Source of the DNA: [Clostridium] scindens
GTDB taxonomy: Bacteria; Bacillota; Clostridia; Lachnospirales; Lachnospiraceae
Assembly: GCF_019597925.1 (NCBI RefSeq)
Contig: NZ_CP080442.1
Span: forward strand, 69,678 to 101,677
Length of the DNA: 32,000 nucleotides
Direction: 5' to 3'
In this document: positions 17,635-25,114 of the stretch, one piece after another
Numbering within the stretch: the stretch's first letter is position 1
Layout of the letters: each line of letters starts with the position of its first letter
Notes under the pieces: model-generated
Told to the model about the DNA's origin: nothing
The model's input: only the letters and a program-made list of their open reading frames with translations
Databases searched by the model: none
Program-made: the position numbers and the translations under genes

Positions 17635-18533
17635 AAATCACAATGCCCGGAGCGCTGACTACGGTGCAGGATGCCGGAAGGTTCGGCTATCAGAAATCCG
17701 GCATAGGAACCTCCGGGGTCATGGATCTGGAATCATACCAGAAGGCAAATTACCTGGTAGGAAATGAGTCCGGGGAAGCCGTCCTGGAGTTTACCTTATT
17801 TGGCGGAGCGATGGAATTAACGGAGGATGGGATAATCGCTATTACGGGTGCAGATATGGAGCCGACATTAAACGACAGACCCATAGCCATGAATCAGCCG
17901 GTTCCGGTAAGATCAGGGGATGTCCTTGCGTTCGGCATGGCAAAAGAAGGGTGCCGCTCCTATCTGGCCGTTGCCGGAGGCCTGGATGTCCCGGTGGTCC
18001 TTGGAAGCCGCGCTACCAATATGAAATGCAGGATGGGAGGATACGAAGGCCGTCCGCTTAAGGCAGGAGATGAAATCGCTGTCGGGGCAGACAGAAAAGA
18101 CTTTGACCAGATAAAAGACAGGCGTGTCAAAGCCCGTCAGTATCTGTCGGAAATCACGGTAAGAGTGGTAGAAGGCCCTCAGGCGGAGTACTTTACCGAG
18201 GGAGGCAAGAAGACCTTCTATAAAGAAACCTACACCATATCTGACCAGAGCGACCGCATGGGCTATCGCATGGAAGGAAAGAAGATCGAAAGCGTTTCCG
18301 GCACCGACATCATATCGGACGGGATCGCATTGGGCTCCGTCCAGGTACCGGCCGACGGAAGGCCGATCGTGCTTCTTGCCGACAGGCAGACCACAGGAGG
18401 ATATGCGAAGATTGCCACCGTGTGCTCCTTTGATATTCCCAAACTGGTGCAGGGTAGACCCGGGGACAGAGTCAGATTTGTCCGGATATCCGTAGAAGAA
18501 GCGCAGAAGATCAACAGAAAGCGGGGAATCTAG
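17625..18533 (+). CDS. pxpC: 5-oxoprolinase subunit C (KipA / allophanate hydrolase subunit 2 family)
   Basis: 302 aa. PGALTTVQDAGRFGYQKSGIGTSGVMD, and QTTGGYAKIATV near the C-terminus. 10-nt overlap with pxpB. Confidence 0.85.
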   Translation: MSIKITMPGALTTVQDAGRFGYQKSGIGTSGVMDLESYQKANYLVGNESGEAVLEFTLFGGAMELTEDGIIAITGADMEPTLNDRPIAMNQPVPVRSGDVLAFGMAKEGCRSYLAVAGGLDVPVVLGSRATNMKCRMGGYEGRPLKAGDEIAVGADRKDFDQIKDRRVKARQYLSEITVRVVEGPQAEYFTEGGKKTFYKETYTISDQSDRMGYRMEGKKIESVSGTDIISDGIALGSVQVPADGRPIVLLADRQTTGGYAKIATVCSFDIPKLVQGRPGDRVRFVRISVEEAQKINRKRGI

Positions 18534-19322
18534 ATGAAGAATTATTATGATATGAAGCCGACAGAGGTAAGGAAATTGATCCGTGAAGGGAAGATCGTGG
18601 GCCCGACTTCCGGAATGTGTGCCGGATATGCCCAGGCCAATTTGGTAATCCTGCCAAAAGAACTGGCTTATGATTTCCTTCTCTTTACGCAGAGGAACCC
18701 CAAGTCCTGCCCAATCCTGGAAGTCAGCGACGTGGGGAGCAGGAAACTGCATTACATCGCTGATGACGCGGATATCGCAACAGATATTCCGAAGTACCGC
18801 ATCTACAGACAGGGAGAACTGGAAGGAGAGTACGGAAATGTGGAAGACTTCTGGCAGGATGACTTTGTCAGCTTCCTGATCGGATGCAGCTTTTCATTTG
18901 AATCGGCCCTTCTGGATGCGGGGCTTCCGGTGAGACATATTGAGGAACACTGCAATGTGCCAATGTACAAGACGAACATCCCCTGTACGCCGGCCGGGGT
19001 ATTTGAAGGAAACATGGTGGTCAGCATGAGGCCGCTTCCCTATGATCAGGTGGCTGAGGCAGTGATGGTGACAGGAGAGATGCCACGGGTCCATGGCGCG
19101 CCGATCCATATCGGAGATCCTGAAGTGATTGGGATTATAGATATTGACCAGCCGGATTTTGGGGACCGCGTCACAATCCGGGATGGCGAAGTGCCAGTAT
19201 TCTGGCCCTGTGGCGTGACGCCTCAGAACGTCATCATGAATGTCAGGCCGGATCTTGTTATCACGCATTCCCCGGGTCATATGCTGATCACCGATGTGAA
19301 AAACGTGGAATTAAAATATTAA
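18534..19322 (+). CDS. DUF1445 / UPF0317 putative hydro-lyase (D-glutamate-cyclase-type domain)
   Basis: 262 aa. GMCAGYAQANLVILP, QRNPKSCPILEV, and HGAPIHIGDPEVIGI...FWPCGVTPQ. The start abuts the pxpC stop. Confidence 0.75.
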   Translation: MKNYYDMKPTEVRKLIREGKIVGPTSGMCAGYAQANLVILPKELAYDFLLFTQRNPKSCPILEVSDVGSRKLHYIADDADIATDIPKYRIYRQGELEGEYGNVEDFWQDDFVSFLIGCSFSFESALLDAGLPVRHIEEHCNVPMYKTNIPCTPAGVFEGNMVVSMRPLPYDQVAEAVMVTGEMPRVHGAPIHIGDPEVIGIIDIDQPDFGDRVTIRDGEVPVFWPCGVTPQNVIMNVRPDLVITHSPGHMLITDVKNVELKY

Positions 19323-19349
19323 CGATATATCAGAGAGAAGGAATAAAGA

Positions 19350-20120
19350 ATGTATGCGGTAGATTTGAACTGCGATCTTGGAGAAAGTTACGGAAATTAT
19401 ATCTGTGGAATGGATGAAGAAGTGATTCCCTACATTTCCTCCGCAAATATAGCCTGCGGATTCCATGCATCCGATCCAATGGTAATGGGCAAGACGGTTG
19501 CGCTGGCAAAAAAGCAGAATGTATGTGTCGGCGCGCATCCTGGCTATCCAGACCTGGTGGGGTTTGGAAGGCGTAACATGGCAGTCTCCCCGGAAGAAGT
19601 AAAGGCAATGGTACAGTACCAGATGGGAGCGCTGATGGCACTTTGTAAAGCGCAAGGCATGCGACTTGCGCATGTGAAGCCTCATGGAGCCATGTACAAC
19701 ATGGCAGCAAAAGATGAGAAACTGGCCCTGGCGATCTGCCAGGGAATCAAGGAAGTCGATCCGGAACTGATCCTGCTCGGCCTGTCGGGAAGCGAGATGC
19801 TTAAGGCGGCTGAAAAGATCGGGCTTAAGGCAGCCAGGGAAGTATTTGCCGACCGGGCTTATGAAGAAGATGGGTCTCTGGTGGCCAGAAGCAAGGAAGG
19901 CGCCATGATTACAGATGAAGAAGAAGCGATCAGAAGGGTCATAATGATGGTGAAGGAAGGAAAGGTTACAGCAATCACCGGAAAAGAGATTGCGGTAACC
20001 CCCCACTCTGTCTGTATACATGGAGATGGGCCGAAGGCACTTGCATTTGTTCAGAAGATACGCAAGACGCTGGAAGCAGAGGGGATTACGATAGCACCGC
20101 TTAAAGAAGTCATTGGCTAG
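19350..20120 (+). CDS. pxpA: 5-oxoprolinase subunit A (LamB/YcsF family)
   Basis: 256 aa. N-terminal VDLNCDLGESYG, ANIACGFHASDP, KPHGAMYN and ICIHGDGP. Confidence 0.88.
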   Translation: MYAVDLNCDLGESYGNYICGMDEEVIPYISSANIACGFHASDPMVMGKTVALAKKQNVCVGAHPGYPDLVGFGRRNMAVSPEEVKAMVQYQMGALMALCKAQGMRLAHVKPHGAMYNMAAKDEKLALAICQGIKEVDPELILLGLSGSEMLKAAEKIGLKAAREVFADRAYEEDGSLVARSKEGAMITDEEEAIRRVIMMVKEGKVTAITGKEIAVTPHSVCIHGDGPKALAFVQKIRKTLEAEGITIAPLKEVIG

Positions 20121-20171
20121 ACTGCCTGAGATGTCAGGCCGGGGATATGAGATGTAAAGGAGTGACATAGT

Positions 20172-21026
20172 TTGGAAGCACAAGCACAGGTTAAGAGGGA
20201 AACTGTAGAAGATATTATATTGCGCCATTCAAAACGCGGCATGCATGTACTGCGAAAATATATGGATACCCATTATTGCCAGAAAGCCGTGGAGAAACTC
20301 TTATCTCTGCCATATGGAAATATATTGCTCACCACAGGGTTCTATGTGGAAGGGCATGCAGAGACGGACGGGCCGCTTGGGACGATGACGCTAGGAAAGG
20401 CATTGGCCAAACTTGGCTACCATCCCATAATCGTTACGGATAAATACTGTAAGGGATTCTTCGAAGTAGAAGGCCTGGAGGTAAAATATGTGCATCTTGG
20501 CGATGGAAAAGAGGAATATGAGAAACTGCTGGAGGAATGCCAGCCGGTAGCACTGATCTCCATAGAAAGATGCGGGCGCAATGTCCAGAATGATTATGCA
20601 AATATGCGGGGGATCAGCATAAAGGACAAGACCGCAAGAACCGACATCCTGTTTGAAATGGCCAGGCAAGAAGGGATTCCTACCTTCGGGGTAGGCGATG
20701 GCGGCAATGAGATCGGAATGGGAAATCTAAAAGAAGTCATTATGAGCAAACTGGCCTTGACCCCTTGCGATATAGAAGTGGATGCCCTTATTATCGCCAC
20801 AGTATCCAACTGGGGAGCATATGCGCTGGCGGCGTATATGCAGAAGATTAAGAAGATAAAAGTACTTCCTACATATAAGGAGATTGAAAATTATCTGAAG
20901 ACTATTGTCAGGATGGGAAGTGTAGACGGAGTCACAAAAGAGCAGGCCATGAGCGTGGATGGATTCTCGCTGGAGGTAGAGCGTGAGATTCTGGAAGAAT
21001 TGCATAGGGCCGTGAGATCCTATTAA
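20172..21026 (+). CDS. DUF4392 domain protein (the other half of the D-glutamate-cyclase architecture)
   Basis: 284 aa with a TTG start, after the RBS AAAGGAG. Motifs TTGFYV, IERCGRN, GVGDGGNEIGMGN and ATVSNWGAYAL. Confidence 0.65.
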   Translation: MEAQAQVKRETVEDIILRHSKRGMHVLRKYMDTHYCQKAVEKLLSLPYGNILLTTGFYVEGHAETDGPLGTMTLGKALAKLGYHPIIVTDKYCKGFFEVEGLEVKYVHLGDGKEEYEKLLEECQPVALISIERCGRNVQNDYANMRGISIKDKTARTDILFEMARQEGIPTFGVGDGGNEIGMGNLKEVIMSKLALTPCDIEVDALIIATVSNWGAYALAAYMQKIKKIKVLPTYKEIENYLKTIVRMGSVDGVTKEQAMSVDGFSLEVEREILEELHRAVRSY

Positions 21027-21484
21027 GCAGAATCATCCCCGGGCGGCAGAGTTGCGTGAATATTCTTCTCCGTACGCAGTACATAGTGGGTGCGGGTCTG
21101 GCATACTCCGGCCTGGCCCTTGACCCACTGATGGATATGTTCAAGATGCTCGGGAGAACGGCAGGCCACCTTCAGAATGTAGTCGGAGTCTCCAGTAAGG
21201 TAATAGCAGGAAATGATGTTCGGATGCTCTCCTACATTCTCCACAAAGGAGTCATTGTAGCGGGGGTGCTCCAAAGTCACTTCAATCAAGGCAGTGACGG
21301 CATTGCCAATCCGGGAATCATTGGTTATGACGGTGTAAGATTCAATGATGCCCAGAGCCTCCATTTTCCGAATTCGCTCAATGACGGTGGAAACCGACAG
21401 ATGGACAGCCTTGCTGATATCCGAGGCCTTCATCCTTGCATTTTCTTTTAAGTTTTTAAGAATCTCATAATCCAGATGATCCAC
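21023..21484 (-). CDS. Lrp/AsnC-family transcriptional regulator
   Basis: 153 aa. N-terminal HTH (LDYEILKNLKENARMKASDISKAVHLSVSTVIERIRKME) and a C-terminal RAM/AsnC_trans_reg-like domain. 4-bp convergent overlap with the preceding gene. Confidence 0.88.
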   Translation of the reverse strand: MDHLDYEILKNLKENARMKASDISKAVHLSVSTVIERIRKMEALGIIESYTVITNDSRIGNAVTALIEVTLEHPRYNDSFVENVGEHPNIISCYYLTGDSDYILKVACRSPEHLEHIHQWVKGQAGVCQTRTHYVLRTEKNIHATLPPGDDSA

Positions 21485-21672
21485 CTTGCATCCTCCTTAA
21501 AAAGTAGATAAAAAACCTTGTGTTTATTTTAACATATGACAGTAAGAAAGGCAAAAGTGTCACGGGAGTTTTTTTCGTACATGCTATACTTAAGAAAAGT
21601 ATCCGGATGATGATTACATGAATAGGAAAGATATCTGGAATACTAAAAATAAGTCATATGGAGGGACTACAC

Positions 21673-22473
21673 ATGAGGTTAAAAGACAAAGTGATTCTGG
21701 TCACAGCATCCACCAGAGGCATTGGCCTGGCTATCGCTCAGGCATGCGCGAAAGAAGGAGCCAAAGTCTACATGGGCGCCAGGAATCTGGAACGTGCCAA
21801 GGCGCGGGCTGACGAGATGAATGCGGCAGGCGGCAATGTAAAGTATGTTTACAATGATGCGACAAAAGAAGAGACATACGTGACGATGATTGAGGAAGTC
21901 ATCGAACAAGAAGGGCACATTGACGTGCTTGTAAATAATTTCGGCTCATCAAATCCCAAGAAAGATCTTGGAATTGCCAATACAGACCCGGAGGTATTCA
22001 TCAAGACGGTAAATATCAATCTGAAGAGCGTATTTATCGCAAGCCAGACGGCTGTCAAGTATATGGCGGAACATGGAGGCGGAAGCATCATCAACATCTC
22101 ATCCGTAGGAGGACTGATACCAGATATCTCTCAGATTGCCTATGGAACCAGCAAAGCGGCAATTAATTATCTGACGAAGCTGATCGCCGTACACGAGGCA
22201 AGGCATAACATCAGATGCAATGCGGTACTTCCAGGAATGACGGCAACAGACGCGGTGCAGGATAATCTGACGGATGACTTCCGCAACTTCTTCCTGAAGC
22301 ATACGCCAATCCAGCGTATGGGACTCCCGGAAGAGATCGCGGCAGCAGTAGTATACTTCGCAAGCGACGATGCCGCATACACCACAGGCCAGATCCTAAC
22401 TATATCTGGAGGTTTCGGATTGGCTACGCCGATATTCGGAGATCTGTCTGAACGCTCAGACGCCCGCGGGTAG
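21673..22473 (+). CDS. Short-chain dehydrogenase/reductase, like clostridial 7-alpha-hydroxysteroid dehydrogenase
   Basis: Start at ATG 21673, after the RBS GGAGGG. TASTRGIG cofactor motif, NNFG, and catalytic S...YGTSK. From memory, long stretches resemble NADP-dependent clostridial 7-alpha-HSDH (GGGSIINISS, IRCNAVLPG, FASDDAAYTTG). Confidence 0.8.
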   Translation: MRLKDKVILVTASTRGIGLAIAQACAKEGAKVYMGARNLERAKARADEMNAAGGNVKYVYNDATKEETYVTMIEEVIEQEGHIDVLVNNFGSSNPKKDLGIANTDPEVFIKTVNINLKSVFIASQTAVKYMAEHGGGSIINISSVGGLIPDISQIAYGTSKAAINYLTKLIAVHEARHNIRCNAVLPGMTATDAVQDNLTDDFRNFFLKHTPIQRMGLPEEIAAAVVYFASDDAAYTTGQILTISGGFGLATPIFGDLSERSDARG

Positions 22474-22510
22474 GCTTTCATGGGTTAATGTAATCAAAAG
22501 AAGAATCAGG

Positions 22511-22545
22511 AAAAGAGACAGCCAGGAGTGGCTGTCTCTTTTATC
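22511..22545 (+). terminator. Intrinsic terminator after the SDR gene
   Basis: Stem AGAGACAGCC / GGCTGTCTCT followed by TTTTATC. Confidence 0.75.
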
Positions 22546-22585
22546 TATATTAATTATTCGAAGATAAATTTTATCCTTTCAAAAC

Positions 22586-22614
22586 TTGACAGATAAATTG
22601 AATGAGTGTAAGAT
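22586..22614 (+). promoter_or_regulatory. Candidate promoter of the HD-domain gene, implying a 5' UTR of about 140 nt
   Basis: TTGACA (22586-22591), a 17-nt spacer, then TAAGAT (22609-22614). Confidence 0.45.
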
Positions 22615-22756
22615 ATAAGATACAAATGTCCATCATACCAAACAGGCATGGCATTTAACAATTTATGATTAGTTTGTCTGACAATTTCAATATGAGGTGA
22701 TGGCAAACCGCTGTATACATAACGCAGGAGAAATAATTTAAAATGGAGGTATCACA

Positions 22757-23329
22757 ATGAATAAAATGTCAAGGGAAGAAGCTTGGGAACTACTTACGGA
22801 ATACACAAAGACGCCGGCGCTGCGTAAACACGCTTTAGCAGTTGAGGCAGTCTTGAAACATTTTGCCAGATTGAACGATGAAGATAGCGAAGTCTGGGGC
22901 GTTGCAGGCTTGCTGCATGATCTAGACTATGAAAAATTCCCAGATCAGCATTGCCAAAAGGCAGAAGAAATCATGCGCGAATCTGGAGTCGATGAAACGT
23001 ACATCCGTGCAATGAAATGCCATGGGTATGGCATCTGTACAGATGTGAAGCCAGAAAGCAATCTGGAAAAAACACTGTTCGCGGTCGATGAGTTGACCGG
23101 ACTCATAAATGCGCTTTGCCTAATGCGTCCTTCAAAAAGCGTGCTGGATTTGGAAGTGAAATCTGTAAAGAAGAAATTTAAAGATAAATCTTTCGCCGCC
23201 GGCGTAAATAGAGATGTGATTCGCAGCGGCTGTGAAATGTTGGGAATGGATCTGGATACCGTCATTCGTGAAACGATAGAGGGCATGAAAGAAAATGCGG
23301 AAGAAATCGGATTAAAAGGGAATCTATAA
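22757..23329 (+). CDS. HD-domain metal-dependent phosphohydrolase
   Basis: 190 aa. HD motif in AGLLHDLDYEKF. The RBS GGAGG lies 7 nt upstream of the ATG. Confidence 0.8.
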   Translation: MNKMSREEAWELLTEYTKTPALRKHALAVEAVLKHFARLNDEDSEVWGVAGLLHDLDYEKFPDQHCQKAEEIMRESGVDETYIRAMKCHGYGICTDVKPESNLEKTLFAVDELTGLINALCLMRPSKSVLDLEVKSVKKKFKDKSFAAGVNRDVIRSGCEMLGMDLDTVIRETIEGMKENAEEIGLKGNL

Positions 23330-23353
23330 TTTGGCATAAGTAATCAATAACAA

Positions 23354-23582
23354 CGAAAACCCGCTAGCCATAAGGCTTGCGGGTTTTCGCTGTTGTTATA
23401 GTTATCTAAAGGAATGAGAGTAAAGCGCGCACCGGGCCTTTCCCGGTGTTTTACTTTATGAGGGGGGAGATAGTTGAGTGTTGATCAACTATCTGATACT
23501 TATTATAAAGGCTAATTGTGTCCAAAGTGTTTTCATTCTCTTAAAGAAAACGAAAAGTTCTTAAAAAGCTCTTAAGAAGGAG
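23354..23582. repeat. Structured non-coding repeat module, copy 1 (229 bp)
   Basis: Hairpin 1 at 23360-23383, hairpin 2 at 23430-23448, a G6 run at 23462-23467 and hairpin 3 at 23468-23494. TGTCCAA at 23519-23525. TCTTAA motifs at 23539, 23559 and 23570. Ends in AAGGAG. Differs from copy 2 by 6 substitutions over 192 nt. Confidence 0.9.
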
Positions 23583-23686
23583 AAGAAAATGATACAAAAA
23601 CCTCTGCTTGACATTCTTAGATTAAAATGTAACAATAGTTGCGTAACTGATGTAACATAATAAAACTTATATAGAGGTAAGCCAGT

Positions 23687-24289
23687 ATGCCGCCAAAAGC
23701 AAAAATAACGAAAGAGATGATTTTAAATACGGTCCTGGAAATTACAAGAAAGACAGGATTCGAAACGGTAAACGCAAGAAGTATTGCAAGTAGATTACAA
23801 TGTTCTACCCGGCCTATTTTTACCTGTTATGAAAATATGGATGAATTAAAAAACGAATTTCTTGCTTTTGCTTATGAATATTATGAGCAGTATGTCACTG
23901 ACTATCGCAATTCTACGAAGGTCAGCCCCTTATTGCTCCTTCCTCTTTCTTACATTGAATTTGCCCGGGAAGAAACTCATTTATTTAAGTTATTATTTAT
24001 TAATGATATGGATTTGAAGATGAAAGAGGCCAAGGACTTTTATGAAGAAGCGGATAATGAGGAAAGGGCAAGGCTTTTTTCAGAAACTGTTGGAATAGGG
24101 CTGGAACGCGCAAGAGTAATATTTTTGGATTTATTCCTTTATACCCACGGCATAGCAGTCCTAACGGCGACGAAAAAGATAACATTAGATAGGAGCAGCG
24201 CTGAAACAATGGTGGCAAATGTATTGTCGGCTTTTATAAAGCGTGAGAAACCAGATTGGAATGATGAATATCTAAGGAGTACAAAATGA
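23687..24289 (+). CDS. TetR/AcrR-family transcriptional regulator
   Basis: 200 aa. N-terminal HTH (ILNTVLEITRKTGFETVNARSIASRLQCSTRPIFTCYENMDEL). ATGA overlap with the next gene. Confidence 0.85.
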   Translation: MPPKAKITKEMILNTVLEITRKTGFETVNARSIASRLQCSTRPIFTCYENMDELKNEFLAFAYEYYEQYVTDYRNSTKVSPLLLLPLSYIEFAREETHLFKLLFINDMDLKMKEAKDFYEEADNEERARLFSETVGIGLERARVIFLDLFLYTHGIAVLTATKKITLDRSSAETMVANVLSAFIKREKPDWNDEYLRSTK

Positions 24290-25101
24290 GAACTAATCAA
24301 CATTTGATCGACTTTTACAATCATTATGATGAGGATAGCCGCCTGGCAATGAAGCATGGCTCTGTAGAGTTCCTCACCACGATGCATTACATTGAAAAAT
24401 ATATAAAGCCCGGCGACCATGTGCTAGAAGTCGGCGCGGGTACCGGACGCTACTCCCACGCGCTGGCACGTCAGGGATACGAGGTTGACGCAATAGAACT
24501 GGTGGAGCACAATATAGATATTTTTCGTCAAAATACAAAACCAGACGAAACGATAACGATCACCCAAGGAAATGCTATGGATTTAGCCGGCTATCCAGAC
24601 GATAAATATGAGATTACGCTGCTGTTGGGCCCGCTGTACCACCTTTACCGTATAGAGGATAAAAGACAAGCGCTGCGGGAAGCAATTCGCGTAACTAAAC
24701 CAGGCGGCGTGGTTTTTGCCGCGTATGTGATCTCCGATGGATGTCTTCTTGACGAGGGATTCCATCGTGGCAACATCAATGTTGCAGAATATATTAGGAA
24801 AGGATTGCTTGACGCTGAAACATTTGCCGCCAAGTCTGAGCCAAAGGACTTGTTTGAACTTGTCCGTAAGGAGAATGTCGACGAGTTAATGTCCATATTC
24901 CCAGTGACCCGGCTGCATTATGTGGCCACAGATGGCTGCGCCTTACTGATGCGGGAAGCGTTGGACGCAATGGATGATGATACTTTTGAATGGTACCTGA
25001 GATACCATTTTACGACCTGCGAGCGGGAAGATCTAATTGGCGTTACGAGTCATGCGGTTGATGTATTCAGAAAGAATGTGAGAAATATAAATGGTTTATA
25101 A
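24286..25101 (+). CDS. Class I SAM-dependent methyltransferase
   Basis: 271 aa. Motif I VLEVGAGTGRYS and post-I EVDAIEL. Translationally coupled to the TetR gene. Confidence 0.85.
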   Translation: MRTNQHLIDFYNHYDEDSRLAMKHGSVEFLTTMHYIEKYIKPGDHVLEVGAGTGRYSHALARQGYEVDAIELVEHNIDIFRQNTKPDETITITQGNAMDLAGYPDDKYEITLLLGPLYHLYRIEDKRQALREAIRVTKPGGVVFAAYVISDGCLLDEGFHRGNINVAEYIRKGLLDAETFAAKSEPKDLFELVRKENVDELMSIFPVTRLHYVATDGCALLMREALDAMDDDTFEWYLRYHFTTCEREDLIGVTSHAVDVFRKNVRNINGL

Positions 25102-25114
25102 TATGTAGAAACAG

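Noticed and set aside
17913-20228. Long antisense ORFs in the track (17913-18752 -, 19311-20228 -; also 3386-4078 -, 10514-11056 -, 25902-26312 - and many shorter ones).
   Set aside because: They lie entirely opposite strongly supported sense-strand genes. They have low-complexity or Arg/Ser/Pro-rich shadow-frame composition and no RBS, which is typical of antisense frames.
22615-22756. The ~140-nt 5' UTR of the HD-domain gene as a possible riboswitch.
   Set aside because: I could not recognise any known riboswitch core or a convincing terminator/antiterminator pair. It is only noted in the promoter feature.
23458-23536. Small ORFs inside the repeat: an 8-codon ATGAGGGGGGAG... ORF on the + strand and a 15-codon MKTLWTQLAFIISIR on the - strand. 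Also considered as a type I toxin-antitoxin idea.
   Set aside because: The - strand ATG is ATA in copy 3. The + strand frame is disrupted by the G6 vs G9 tract. Neither ORF has a spaced RBS, and both peptides are too short for known type I toxins.
23608-23660. GTAAC triple repeat (ATGTAACA at 23627 and 23650, GCGTAAC at 23641) upstream of the TetR gene, as a TetR operator.
   Set aside because: This is plausible, but the repeats are short and AT-rich, the promoter assignment (TTGACA at 23608 with a weak -10) is uncertain, and there is no clear palindrome. The support is too weak for a feature call.
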